IMG/VR virus record: IMGVR_UViG_2974642717_000001
Coordinates: 14,146 to 78,145 of that record
Direction: 5' to 3' (one strand)
DNA: 64,000 nucleotides
DNA from: a virus
Lineage: Duplodnaviria > Heunggongvirae > Uroviricota > Caudoviricetes > Schitoviridae
Of this stretch, positions 1 through 10,246 are shown one piece after another. The notes under the pieces are model-generated. The model was not told the origin of the DNA. It did no database searches and saw nothing but the letters and a program-made list of their open reading frames with translations. A program made the position numbers and the translations under genes. Each line of letters opens with the position of its first letter. The first letter of the stretch is position 1.

Positions 1-13
1 TGAAACTCAAGAA

Positions 14-2131
14 ATGGAGTTAGCGATGTATGAGGTAGAAATAGACACTGGGTGGTCAAATGCTCCCTCTGTTTCTGACTTAAAACAGGATTGGTTAGAT
101 GCCAAACCTTCTAAAGATATGCACACCGCTAATGTTCAGAGGTGGTTAGACAACCTGAATGTAACCGGTAATGCTAAACCTGATTGCAACCCTAACCGTT
201 CAAGTATTCAACCTAAAGTAATACGTAAGAATAATGAATGGAGATACCCAGCACTATCTGAACCATTCCTATCAACTAATGATATGTTCTCCCTTACTCC
301 ACGTACATTTGAAGATGCTGAGGCAGCTAGACAAAATGAATTGATCCTCAACTATCAGTTCTATTCTCAACTGAATAAAGTAAAGTTTATCGACGAGTTT
401 GTACGCACTGCTGTAGATGAGGGTACGGTGTTTGTACGTGTAGGTTGGGAATCGGAGGAGGAAGAGGTAGAGACTGAAGTTCCAGTATATGAGATGCGTC
501 CTGCTCAGACTCCTGAACAGATGGCTGCACTGCAACACTTTACTCAGTTACCTCCATCACATGTACCGGATGAATGGAGAGAAGCCCTACAGATTTCACA
601 GGAGTTTGGTGTACCAACTGCTGCGGTACAAGTAGATGTACGTATCGAGACAGAGAGCAAGTTAGTAAAGAACCAACCGACTATTGAAGTGGTTGATTAC
701 AATAACTTAGTAATTGATCCTTCATGTAACGGTGACTTAGACCAAGCTAAGTTTGCTGTGTATACTTTCGAAACATCCAAAGCTGAACTAGAAGCAGCAG
801 GTGTATACAAGAACTTGGATCAGATCATGATTAACTCAAGCTCTGTACTTAATGCAGCAGACAGTGATTATGATTCAAATGATGATAGTTCTTTCCAGTT
901 TAAAGATGAGCCACGTAAACGAATAGTAGCTTATGAGTATTGGGGTTACTGGGATATCAATGATACTGGTGAGGTAGAACCTATTGTTGCTACTTGGGTT
1001 GGTGATACATTAATTCGTCTGGAAGAGAACCCGTACCCAGATAAGAAGATTCCTTTTGTAAGTGCTCAGTACTTACCCGTACGTAAATCTTTATATGGTG
1101 AACCTGATGGTGAACTACTAGAAGATAACCAGAAGATTGTTGGTGCTGTTACTCGAGGTATGATTGATATCATGGCACGAAGTGCAAACGGTCAGGTTGG
1201 TATGCGTAAGGATATGCTTGATGTTGTTAACCGTCGTAAGTTTGCTAATGGTGAAGACTATGAGTTCAACCAAACAGTAGATCCTCGACAAGGTGTACAC
1301 ATGCACCAGTTTGCTGAGATTCCACAGTCAGCTCAGTTTATGATTCAGTTACAACAGAATGAAGCAGAGACTATGACAGGTGTACGTCCATATGGTGCAA
1401 CAGTAGATGGTATGAGTACAGCAGCTGAAGTACGTGGTGTATTAGATGCAGCATCTAAACGTGAGACTGCAATCCTACGTAGATTGAGTTCAGCTATTGA
1501 AAAGATTGGCCAGAAGATCATCTCAATGAACCAAGAGTTCTTAGAAGATGAAGAGATCATTCGAGTTACTAATGAAAAGTTTATTGCTATTAAGCGGGAA
1601 GACCTTGCAGGACAGTACGATTTAGTATTAGATATATCAACTGTTGAAGAGGACAACTCTAAAGCACAAGAACTAGCATTCATGTTACAGACTGTAGGTC
1701 CTAATACAGATCCTAAGATGGTGTACATGATTATGGCTGACATTGCAGACTTACGTAAGATGCCTGACTTAGCTAAGCGTCTACGTGACTACCAACCTGA
1801 ACCTGATCCTGTACAACAGATGATGCAACAGATGGAACTGCAGAAGATGCAATTAGAGAACTCTAAAATACAACTTGAAATTGCTAAGCTACAATCAGAT
1901 ACTGGCCTTCAAGATGCTAAGACCGGTGAGACTGTTGCTAAGACAAATAACATTGAAGCTGATACAGATCTTAAGAACTTGGAGTACGTAGAGAATGAAT
2001 TAGGCGTACAACATGAGCGAGATATGCAGAAGCAAGGAGCACAGGCTCAAGCTAACTTACAGCGCGATGTGATGATGGAAGCTATTAAAACTAGCCAAAC
2101 GGATTCTAAGCCTGTAGAATCTAACACTTAA
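14..2131 (+). CDS. putative portal protein (N4 gp59-like position)
   Basis: 705-aa ORF opening the +-strand structural module; followed by a small gene, an acidic scaffold-like gene and the major capsid gene (canonical portal-scaffold-capsid order). No motif verified by eye. Confidence 0.5.
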   Translation: MELAMYEVEIDTGWSNAPSVSDLKQDWLDAKPSKDMHTANVQRWLDNLNVTGNAKPDCNPNRSSIQPKVIRKNNEWRYPALSEPFLSTNDMFSLTPRTFEDAEAARQNELILNYQFYSQLNKVKFIDEFVRTAVDEGTVFVRVGWESEEEEVETEVPVYEMRPAQTPEQMAALQHFTQLPPSHVPDEWREALQISQEFGVPTAAVQVDVRIETESKLVKNQPTIEVVDYNNLVIDPSCNGDLDQAKFAVYTFETSKAELEAAGVYKNLDQIMINSSSVLNAADSDYDSNDDSSFQFKDEPRKRIVAYEYWGYWDINDTGEVEPIVATWVGDTLIRLEENPYPDKKIPFVSAQYLPVRKSLYGEPDGELLEDNQKIVGAVTRGMIDIMARSANGQVGMRKDMLDVVNRRKFANGEDYEFNQTVDPRQGVHMHQFAEIPQSAQFMIQLQQNEAETMTGVRPYGATVDGMSTAAEVRGVLDAASKRETAILRRLSSAIEKIGQKIISMNQEFLEDEEIIRVTNEKFIAIKREDLAGQYDLVLDISTVEEDNSKAQELAFMLQTVGPNTDPKMVYMIMADIADLRKMPDLAKRLRDYQPEPDPVQQMMQQMELQKMQLENSKIQLEIAKLQSDTGLQDAKTGETVAKTNNIEADTDLKNLEYVENELGVQHERDMQKQGAQAQANLQRDVMMEAIKTSQTDSKPVESNT

Positions 2132-2140
2132 ACCGAATAA

Positions 2141-2159
2141 CCCCTCTATACTGGAGGGG
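2141..2159 (+). terminator. weak hairpin after portal gene (CCCCTC-7 nt-GAGGGG)
   Basis: Inverted repeat seen directly. T-run is poor, so more likely an attenuator or RNA structure than a strong terminator. Confidence 0.3.
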
Positions 2160-2194
2160 TATCACTTATTAACTCAGACCCCTAGGAGACACCT

Positions 2195-2533
2195 ATGTCA
2201 GATATTCAACAAATCGAACTTACTAAAGAACAAGCAGAGCAATCAGTAAAACTAATGGAACGACTAGATCGTTTAAATAAGAATCGTGACTTTAAAGCAA
2301 TCATCGAAGATGAACTTTTTGACTCTTATTCCAAGTCCCTTGTGTTGCTACTATCAGATCCTTCAATGCAAGAAGATGTAGTACAAAAGGACCTTATCCT
2401 TGATATGCAAATGATCGGACGCTTCCGTCAATTCTTATCAGGCGTATTCCAGAAAGGCCGTCTAGCAGAGAAAACTCTTGAAGACACAACACGCCAATTG
2501 GAAGAACTACGAGCAGAAGGTGGAGATGAGTAA
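2195..2533 (+). CDS. hypothetical protein, 112 aa
   Basis: ORF with upstream GGAG; stop overlaps the next start (ATGA at 2530-2533). Confidence 0.5.
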   Translation: MSDIQQIELTKEQAEQSVKLMERLDRLNKNRDFKAIIEDELFDSYSKSLVLLLSDPSMQEDVVQKDLILDMQMIGRFRQFLSGVFQKGRLAEKTLEDTTRQLEELRAEGGDE

Positions 2534-3648
2534 TGAGTGAATTGAACGAGGGCCTAGAGCCCTCTTCTGCCGTTGAGCAGGATGATTTTCTAAGTATGTC
2601 GGATGACGACATTCTTAATATGCCTTTTCCTGAGGCTGAGGTTCACGACGAGGCTCCTGCCGAGGAGTTAGAACCGGAAGCCGAAGAGGATGAACTAGAA
2701 CTAGATACTGAAGAAGAGTTTGAAGATGAAGAAGAAGTAGATGAACCGGATGTATTCGGTGAAGCTGATACTGAAACTGAAGACGAACCTGAAGTTGAAC
2801 AGGAAGAAGAAGATACTAATGAAGTAGAAGAGTCTTCTGATTACAAATCTAAGTATGATGAATTGATGTCCCCATTACGAGCTAATGGTAAAGATGTCGA
2901 GATCAAGACACCAGATGATTTACGTCGTTTGGCTCAAATGGGTATTGGTTACAATGCACGTATGGCTGAGATCAAACCGCTACGTAAGATCGGTAAAATG
3001 CTAGAGAATGCTGGTTTATTAGAAGAATCTAAAATAAACTTCCTAATTGACTTGTCAAAAAACAATCCAGATGCTATTAATAAGCTCGTTCACCAGAGTG
3101 GTATTAACCCTCTTGATATTGAACCTGAGAATTCGGACGGCTATAAACCGAATACTTACACTGTAGACGACAGCCAATTAGATCTCGACGAAGCACTGAC
3201 TAATCTAGAACAGTCACCTTCAGGACAGAAAGTAATTGATGTGGTAAGCACTAAGTGGGACAGAGCCTCTAGAGAGATTCTCGTTAGCAATCCTTCAATG
3301 ATGCAAGGACTACAAGCACACATGGACAACGGTATCTACGATCAAGTAGTTGCAGAAGTCGAACGTGAGCGTATGTTCAATCGCATCCCTGCAGGAGTGT
3401 CTGATCTTGACGCATACAACCATATCGGTAATCAGATGAATGCCGCAGGTGTTTTCAATAAACAACCAGCTGCCCCTTCTTCTCCTAAACCTAATGTGGC
3501 TGCAAAGCCGAAAGATACAAAACGTAAAACTCGCAGAAAAGCTGCTGCTTCGACTCGAAGTAAAGCTACATCAACACAAGTTCCTCAGGACATTCTGAAT
3601 ATGTCAGATGCCGACTTTGAGAAGAACTTGATGTCTAAATATATCTAA
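2533..3648 (+). CDS. scaffold-like protein (extremely acidic N-terminal half, basic C-terminus)
   Basis: D/E-rich low-complexity N-terminal region and Lys/Arg-rich C-terminal tail; sits immediately upstream of the capsid gene. Confidence 0.4.
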   Translation: MSELNEGLEPSSAVEQDDFLSMSDDDILNMPFPEAEVHDEAPAEELEPEAEEDELELDTEEEFEDEEEVDEPDVFGEADTETEDEPEVEQEEEDTNEVEESSDYKSKYDELMSPLRANGKDVEIKTPDDLRRLAQMGIGYNARMAEIKPLRKIGKMLENAGLLEESKINFLIDLSKNNPDAINKLVHQSGINPLDIEPENSDGYKPNTYTVDDSQLDLDEALTNLEQSPSGQKVIDVVSTKWDRASREILVSNPSMMQGLQAHMDNGIYDQVVAEVERERMFNRIPAGVSDLDAYNHIGNQMNAAGVFNKQPAAPSSPKPNVAAKPKDTKRKTRRKAAASTRSKATSTQVPQDILNMSDADFEKNLMSKYI

Positions 3649-3659
3649 GGAGATAAAAC

Positions 3660-5108
3660 ATGGCTGTAGAAGTTCCAAACACAGGTCCATATAATGTGGA
3701 TCAACGCAAATACGGTAATGGTCAGGACAGTTCAATCGGTCCTCAAATCCGTACTGATTACTTTAAAAAGAAAGCACTGATTGAAGTAGTTAAAGACGCT
3801 GTATTCTCACCACTAGCTGATGCTGAAGCGATGCCTAAGCACTTTGGTAAGACTATTAAACGTTTCCACTACCTACCATTGCTAGATGACCGTAACACGA
3901 ATGACCAAGGTATCGATGCTACTGGTGCTGCTGTAAACCAAGGCGTAACAATTCAAATCGCTTGGGCTGGCGCAGGTAAGTACACTTTTGTACCGGGTCA
4001 AATGCATGGCCAAACTGTTAAAGGTGAAGGCGTAGATGCTGCTGCTGCTCTTACAGACGCACAAGCTAAAGCATTCTCTGTACTAAAAGAAATGGGTTTC
4101 GCTGAAGTTGACTATGCAACTGCTAAAGCTGCTGCAGAAACTGCTGGTTTCTTTGTAGATGAGTCTGCGTCTTACCCAGTAACTGGTAACCTATATGGTT
4201 CAAGCAAAGACGTTGGTACGATCTCTGCTAAACTACCTGTTCTTTCTGAGCACGGTGGTCGTGTAAACCGAGTTGGTTTCCGTCGTATTGAGATTGAAGG
4301 TTCTATTGAGAAGTTCGGCTTCTTCGATGAGTACACTCAAGAGTCTCTAGACTTCGATTCTGATGAAGAACTAGAAATGCATGTACACCGTGAAATGCTT
4401 CGTGGTGCTAATGAAATCACTGAAGATATGATCCAAATGGACCTTATCATGGGTGCTGGTGTTGTGATGTTCGCTGGTGACGCTACTGCTGATGCAGAGA
4501 TGTCTCCTGAAGGTGCTGAAGCTGATGAAGTAACTTACGATGACTTCGTTAAACTAGGTATCGAGATGTTTAATAACCGTACACCTAAGCAAACTAAGAT
4601 GATTGCAGGTTCTCGTATGATCGATACTCGCGTAATCGATGGTGGTTGGGTAATGTTTGTAGGTTCTGAATTGATCCCTACACTTCGTCGTCTAACTGAC
4701 TACTTCGGTGATAAAGCTCTTATCGAGACTAAGCACTACGCTGATGCAGGTTCGGTACTTAAAGGTGAAATCGGTTCTATCGATCACTTCCGTATCGTTG
4801 TAGCACAAGAGATGCAACACTTCGAAGGTGCTGGTGCAGCTGTAGGTACTAACCCGGGTTACCGTGAAACTGGTGGTAACTACGATGTTTACCCAATGCT
4901 AGTTGTTGGTGAAGGCTCATTCACTACTATCGGTTTCCAAACTGATGGTAAAGGTGTTAAGTTTAAGATCCAACACCAGAAACCGGGTAAAGGCGACAAG
5001 CATGACCCATTCGGTGAGACTGGCTTCATGTCAATCAAATGGTACTACGGTTCTATGATCCTACGTCCAGAACGTTTGGCACTAATCAAAACAGTTGCTC
5101 GCTGGTAA
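3660..5108 (+). CDS. major capsid protein (putative)
   Basis: 482 aa; strong SD AAGGAGAT before the ATG; highly biased codon usage; strong terminator directly downstream; position after the scaffold-like gene. Confidence 0.6.
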   Translation: MAVEVPNTGPYNVDQRKYGNGQDSSIGPQIRTDYFKKKALIEVVKDAVFSPLADAEAMPKHFGKTIKRFHYLPLLDDRNTNDQGIDATGAAVNQGVTIQIAWAGAGKYTFVPGQMHGQTVKGEGVDAAAALTDAQAKAFSVLKEMGFAEVDYATAKAAAETAGFFVDESASYPVTGNLYGSSKDVGTISAKLPVLSEHGGRVNRVGFRRIEIEGSIEKFGFFDEYTQESLDFDSDEELEMHVHREMLRGANEITEDMIQMDLIMGAGVVMFAGDATADAEMSPEGAEADEVTYDDFVKLGIEMFNNRTPKQTKMIAGSRMIDTRVIDGGWVMFVGSELIPTLRRLTDYFGDKALIETKHYADAGSVLKGEIGSIDHFRIVVAQEMQHFEGAGAAVGTNPGYRETGGNYDVYPMLVVGEGSFTTIGFQTDGKGVKFKIQHQKPGKGDKHDPFGETGFMSIKWYYGSMILRPERLALIKTVARW

Positions 5109-5125
5109 TCAGAGCTAATTAAGTG

Positions 5126-5149
5126 AGACCTCCTACGGGAGGTCTTTTG
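5126..5149 (+). terminator. rho-independent terminator after capsid gene
   Basis: AGACCTCC-tacg-GGAGGTCT followed by TTTT; a second GGGGTATACCCC palindrome follows at 5155-5166. Confidence 0.7.
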
Positions 5150-5194
5150 ACTGAGGGGTATACCCCCATAAACTTTTAAATAGAGAGATACACT

Positions 5195-5746
5195 ATGACA
5201 GACACAAACGATGATCTAAAACTACAAGCACTAAAAAAGAAAGCAGATATGCTGGGCCTCACATACCACCCTTCAATCGGTATGGATAAACTAAAAGCTA
5301 AGGTGGACGAAAAGATGGCAGAGAACCCTGATAAAGATCCTGTAAGTGATGGTGCTATTAAAGTACTAGACCAAGGCGGTGAAGCAGAGATGAAACGTCG
5401 AGAAGCTTCTAAACTTGTACGTGTAGTTATTAACTCACGAGATCCAAATAAGAAAGACTGGCCGGGTGAGATCTTCTCTGTAGGTAACCGTACTGCTGGC
5501 TTCTATAAGAAGTACATTCCTTATGGTACTGAGTGGCACGTACCACAAATCATTTTCAACACCATTCGAGATAAAAAGGTACAAGTATTTGTATCATCTA
5601 CAGACTCGAAAGGTCGTAAGATTAAAGTTCCTAAGATTATCCCTGCATACTCTTATGAAGTTCTTAACCCACTAACAGCAGAAGAGCTAGCTGACCTAGC
5701 TAAAGCACAACAAGCTTCTGGCCGTTTAGAGGATGGTAACGAGTAA
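5195..5746 (+). CDS. virion-module hypothetical protein, 183 aa
   Basis: ORF with SD; lies between the capsid terminator and the next structural gene. Confidence 0.45.
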   Translation: MTDTNDDLKLQALKKKADMLGLTYHPSIGMDKLKAKVDEKMAENPDKDPVSDGAIKVLDQGGEAEMKRREASKLVRVVINSRDPNKKDWPGEIFSVGNRTAGFYKKYIPYGTEWHVPQIIFNTIRDKKVQVFVSSTDSKGRKIKVPKIIPAYSYEVLNPLTAEELADLAKAQQASGRLEDGNE

Positions 5747-6480
5747 TGGCAGATGTAGACTTCTCTGAGATTACAGATGGATGCCCTGAAGGTCAGGGCG
5801 TTTTTGATCAGATGATGAAATCCGTCAAGGCGCATTTAAAAGAAGAGTATGATGCACAACGTATCCGAGGTTCTGAATATACTCAGGTTTACCTCAATGG
5901 TCTCCAAACTGCTATGGGTCAATCGATTCAATGGCAACTAGGTGCAGAGATCGCTAAGAACCAAGCACTACTAATTAGTGCTCAGATTGAAGGTCAAGAG
6001 AAGCAGAATGAATTGATTGCTGCTCAAGTTGCTCTAGCAGAACAACAACTACTTAACCTACAACAAGACCTTGTTAACGCTAAGGTACAAGAAGACATTC
6101 TTACTACTCAGAATGATACAGCTGAATACCAATTAGCTAATATCCTTCCTGCACAGAAAGAGAAGACAGAAAGTGAAGCTGCTATCCTTGCTCAGAAGAT
6201 TATTACTGAGGAAGCTCAAACCAAGGATGTTACTTCTCAAGGACCAGTTACTGGTATCATGGGTCGTCAACGTGATCTATACGAGAATCAAGCTGAAGGC
6301 TTTATTCGAGATGGTGAGCAGAAAGCTGCACGTATCCTATCTGATGTGTGGGGCATTAACTACAGTGCCGATGTAGCTGCAGAAGCTACACCAGATAACG
6401 TAGCTAAAACCAACATGGATAGTATGTTAGGTGAGTTACGATCTAAGGCAGGATTAGGCAACTATACGCCATTCCCTTAG
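5746..6480 (+). CDS. coiled-coil structural protein, 244 aa
   Basis: Q/E/A-rich heptad-like sequence; ATGA overlap with the upstream gene. Confidence 0.45.
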   Translation: MADVDFSEITDGCPEGQGVFDQMMKSVKAHLKEEYDAQRIRGSEYTQVYLNGLQTAMGQSIQWQLGAEIAKNQALLISAQIEGQEKQNELIAAQVALAEQQLLNLQQDLVNAKVQEDILTTQNDTAEYQLANILPAQKEKTESEAAILAQKIITEEAQTKDVTSQGPVTGIMGRQRDLYENQAEGFIRDGEQKAARILSDVWGINYSADVAAEATPDNVAKTNMDSMLGELRSKAGLGNYTPFP

Positions 6481-6511
6481 AATGGTAATTAAAGGTCGAT
6501 GAACTAATGGA

Positions 6512-6537
6512 GGAAGGGGGCGAAAGCCTCCTTTTTT
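6512..6537 (+). terminator. rho-independent terminator (GGGGGC-GAAA-GCCTCC + T6)
   Basis: GNRA-type tetraloop hairpin with one G-U wobble, followed by TTTTTT. Confidence 0.6.
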
Positions 6538-6543
6538 ATATCT

Positions 6544-8565
6544 ATGGGAAAATACGCAACATCGGTAGCCTCATATGCTACCAACATAAATGATATAACA
6601 GGGAATCCCACTAAGAACACGATTGCATCTATATGTCATAAAAGAGAAGTAGGCGATCATAAGTCGGTTAACTCCTCACTACTTGAGTCCATGCATAACG
6701 GATTGGCCGTAAAGGTTAACTCTGGTATTAAGTATGGCAGGGAGGAGTATGTATACGGACTGCCTGAAGGTTATATAGTAACAGCAGATATTGATGTCAG
6801 TGTGGTCCAAGAAGTAATATCCGAAGAGTTAGGTACTGAGGTCAACATTGATGTTGCTTTTATAGCTGAACCTGATCCAGATTACTTTGCTCGGTGGCAT
6901 TCGTATAATAACTGGGGTGGTGATCCTTTAACCGGTCACATGACTGATCCTCCTGTTGATGGGGATGATGTTAGAATTGTAGAGTCTGCATGGACTAGCT
7001 ACGGTCAACTAGAAATTCTGGTTGGTTACGAGCAAAGTGACGGTCAATTCAAGAATGAAACATTCATTGTATGGCCCCCAACAAATGTAAACCTAAAAGA
7101 GCAGTACTACCACGTAATATACACCCGAGAAGATACCATCTTCCCTACTAGTGACTTTTGGATTTACGAGTTAGGTACCGATACCATTCCTGAACTCGAG
7201 GTGGAAGTGGAGGATACCCTAGACAGCCCTTTCTTACCTGTGGTTCCAGTAAGGGAGAACAATATAAACTTAGGTCCTGAATCCAAAGATGGTGAATTTA
7301 TATATGATGAGGATGGTCAGAAGATAGTACCGGATACAGAGCTATACCGAACCAGTGTAAAGCTATGTGAGAAGTTTAGGATAGGTTTTGATGATATATC
7401 CCGTGAGATTACCGGCAACCCCGATGTAGCTAGTATTGACCACGCGTACATTATTTTTGGTATCGATATACGCTCGGACACTAAACCAGGTAAGACCTTC
7501 TTATTCGACTTCTTTGAGAAGTTAGCCTTTAGTACTATAGGCGCTTCCGAGATTGAAGTAAGGGATGCTCAGTACTATAAGATACGTATAATATTTGATT
7601 CATGTACATCTATGGATGAGGTGGGCGACTTAGACGAAGTAGAGGTCGAATATTCAGGCAATACTATGTACCTACGTGCCCCACTAGAACCGGGTATGTA
7701 CCGTGAAATTACCGTAGTAAATCCAATACACGTTAACTATGTGTACAAGGCCCATACTGTCGTAACCACATTGGCAGATAGTGCGGATGAAGAAAACTAT
7801 AATTTCATTGTACCCTTAGAGTATTTTATTGCTCAGTCTGCAGGATCTTTGTTTGATAGGGAAAGGTTGTATGTGGAGGCAGCTAAGATAGTATTTAACT
7901 GCTATGAAAGGAAGAAACTTAAGTGGTACCAGAGTGGGTGGTTTAAGATAGTTTTGGTTGTGGTAGCTATCGTGGTAACAGTATTTACAGGGGCAGGTGG
8001 TGCCTTCGTGGCAGCACTAGAGGCAGGTATAACAGCTACTGTATTGTACTTGGTACAAGCAGTCTTAATATCTACTCTAATAAAGTATGGCTTCCAGATG
8101 CTGGTGGATGTGTTGGGAGTAGAAATAGGTATATTATTAGCTGTAATAGCCGCTGTAGCGTCTTTCATGGTAGGTGATACAACTGGCATACTTAGCGCAG
8201 AAAACCTTATGACAGCGTCCTCAGGCTTTATAGTGGGAGCAGATGCTTCCCTATCAGCAGACATGGAAAAGTTAGCTAAGGAGATGGCAGCATGGACAGA
8301 TGAAGCTCAGAGATTAGATGACGAGTTGAATGAAGCTTTTGAAGAGCTAGATACAGACACTTTCTTTAATGTATATGACTTCATCAATGCAGGTAACATA
8401 TTCGTACCTAATGAGGTTCCTGAAGAATACTTCAATAGAACCATTCATACAGGTAACATTGGTGTAGGTACTCTGTCTGTACCTGAGAACTATGTAGACA
8501 ATGCTTTGACGTTACCTACAGTTAGCCGCTTTATGGGGTATGAGGATACAGAGGATGGCGTTTAG
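6544..8565 (+). CDS. virion-module protein with four C-terminal transmembrane helices; codon usage foreign to its neighbours
   Basis: 673 aa. Hydrophobic stretches at aa ~455-540 (FKIVLVVVAIVVTVF..., ITATVLYLVQAVLISTLI..., IGILLAVIAAVASFMVG). Frequent ATA, AGG/AGA and GGG/GGA codons that are almost absent from adjacent late genes. Confidence 0.5.
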   Translation: MGKYATSVASYATNINDITGNPTKNTIASICHKREVGDHKSVNSSLLESMHNGLAVKVNSGIKYGREEYVYGLPEGYIVTADIDVSVVQEVISEELGTEVNIDVAFIAEPDPDYFARWHSYNNWGGDPLTGHMTDPPVDGDDVRIVESAWTSYGQLEILVGYEQSDGQFKNETFIVWPPTNVNLKEQYYHVIYTREDTIFPTSDFWIYELGTDTIPELEVEVEDTLDSPFLPVVPVRENNINLGPESKDGEFIYDEDGQKIVPDTELYRTSVKLCEKFRIGFDDISREITGNPDVASIDHAYIIFGIDIRSDTKPGKTFLFDFFEKLAFSTIGASEIEVRDAQYYKIRIIFDSCTSMDEVGDLDEVEVEYSGNTMYLRAPLEPGMYREITVVNPIHVNYVYKAHTVVTTLADSADEENYNFIVPLEYFIAQSAGSLFDRERLYVEAAKIVFNCYERKKLKWYQSGWFKIVLVVVAIVVTVFTGAGGAFVAALEAGITATVLYLVQAVLISTLIKYGFQMLVDVLGVEIGILLAVIAAVASFMVGDTTGILSAENLMTASSGFIVGADASLSADMEKLAKEMAAWTDEAQRLDDELNEAFEELDTDTFFNVYDFINAGNIFVPNEVPEEYFNRTIHTGNIGVGTLSVPENYVDNALTLPTVSRFMGYEDTEDGV

Positions 8566-8636
8566 AAGGTATACAGGTTAGAATCTACTACTTAACTAGT
8601 TAACTAATGTAATACAACAACTCATGAGGAAATAAT

Positions 8637-9326
8637 ATGGCAGATACAAATAATGGATTCTTTGGTGGTGTCTCTAACTGGTGGGATCAAAACTTTGTCC
8701 AACCTACAGAGGGTGCTTACCAAGGTCTCCCGGGGGTAACTCCAGCATATAAGAATAGTACGGGTGTAATCACCCCTAATGGCGCCGCTACTCCAGTAGC
8801 TGGTGGTTTTCAACCAATTGTTAATAGCAACACAGCACAGGTAGACAACTGGACACCACGTAACAATAACTTTGCTGCACCGCAAACTGCAAACTCTGTA
8901 TCTCCGGGTACACAGCCAGCACTGTTTGCACCACAGACACAAGGTGGTATTGCTACCCCGGGTACAGTGGGAACTGATCCAAGCATCTTCCAAGCTATTG
9001 GCAATCATACCGACGGTTCTTGGGTAGGTAATCCTAACATTGCAAGTGTAGGTACTAACCCTCAACAGGCAAGCTTCTTAAGTGGAGTGGGTGATACATT
9101 GAGCGGCGGTTGGGATGCTATCGGTGGAATGCAGGGACTGTCCCAAGGACTAGGTGCACTGTCGGGTATTGGTCAAACTTATATGGGCTTCCAACAGTTG
9201 GGTCTAGCAGAAGATCAATTCAACTTTACGCGTAATGCATGGCAACAGGATTACGATATGCGTCTAGCAGATTACAATCGTCAGGTATCTCGTCAGGAAG
9301 ACCGTGATGCTGCGTTAGCTCGATAA
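8637..9326 (+). CDS. Gly/Thr/Pro/Gln-rich low-complexity virion protein, 229 aa
   Basis: ORF with SD GAGGAAAT; low-complexity composition typical of internal or ejection proteins. Confidence 0.45.
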   Translation: MADTNNGFFGGVSNWWDQNFVQPTEGAYQGLPGVTPAYKNSTGVITPNGAATPVAGGFQPIVNSNTAQVDNWTPRNNNFAAPQTANSVSPGTQPALFAPQTQGGIATPGTVGTDPSIFQAIGNHTDGSWVGNPNIASVGTNPQQASFLSGVGDTLSGGWDAIGGMQGLSQGLGALSGIGQTYMGFQQLGLAEDQFNFTRNAWQQDYDMRLADYNRQVSRQEDRDAALAR

Positions 9327-9336
9327 GGAGGACATA

Positions 9337-10194
9337 ATGGCAATTACATGGCAATCAGTAAGTACACCTAACTTTAATGCGAGTAATAACTTAGCAGTTC
9401 AGGCAGGTAATACTATTACAGGTGGTATTGATCGTCTTGCTAAGTCAGCACAGGGAGTGGCTGACCGACAGAAGGCATCAACACACGCAGAGTTTCAACA
9501 TAACCTTTTAGACCTCAGTATGAATCCTGACTTGAATAAGAATGAGTTCTTGAGCCAAGCACTTCAAATGAGTAAAGAGAATAACCTTGATCCTAATCAG
9601 GCATTGAAGCAGATTGAGTCTATTCGTAATGTACGTAACACAGCAGAGCAGTTGGATGGTGGTCAGCAGTTAGAGTTTGATAACATGCAGAGTAACCTAG
9701 CTAACCTGCAACAGTTAGGGCAGCAGAACATTCAGGCACAGTTGGAAGCGTTTGACCAACGTAACCCTCAGGTACGTCAGACTGCACTAGATTTAAATAC
9801 GTTTGAAGCTGGTGGTGGTTTAGGTTCTATTTTGAATGAGATGTATGGGAGTATTGAGGGTACGGGTGACCGTGAGGAAACTTCAGATGTTTTCAACGAA
9901 GTACGTCAAGGATATGACAATGACTTTGTAGTTGCTCAGGCACTTCAAGAAGTAGGTCTAGGTGAGGTGGGTTTTATATTTGATAGTTCATTAATCAACT
10001 CGGAGAAGTTTAAGAGTGCTTTAAACTTCCACCAGAAACGTATGGATACGTACCAGAAGAATGCTGAAGCTCGGACTACTCTACAGAATGTACTTAGTAA
10101 CAAACTAAATACAGATCTGCAAAAAGGACGTAGTGACCTCGAAAAATGGAATCGTGATACTAAAGCGAGTAACTTACGTAGTTTTTCTTTCTAA
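9337..10194 (+). CDS. structural-module hypothetical protein, 285 aa
   Basis: ORF with SD AAGGAGGA; Q/N-rich. Confidence 0.45.
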   Translation: MAITWQSVSTPNFNASNNLAVQAGNTITGGIDRLAKSAQGVADRQKASTHAEFQHNLLDLSMNPDLNKNEFLSQALQMSKENNLDPNQALKQIESIRNVRNTAEQLDGGQQLEFDNMQSNLANLQQLGQQNIQAQLEAFDQRNPQVRQTALDLNTFEAGGGLGSILNEMYGSIEGTGDREETSDVFNEVRQGYDNDFVVAQALQEVGLGEVGFIFDSSLINSEKFKSALNFHQKRMDTYQKNAEARTTLQNVLSNKLNTDLQKGRSDLEKWNRDTKASNLRSFSF

Positions 10195-10246
10195 AAAAGC
10201 CATTATCCTCTAATATAGTCAGTTCTTAATTAAGAGGAAAAATACT

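Noticed and set aside
272-1743. ORFs 272..538(-), 1118..1306(-) and 1345..1743(-) inside the portal gene
   Set aside because: Antisense shadow ORFs fully contained within a long, well-supported + strand gene. No RBS, and low-complexity translations.
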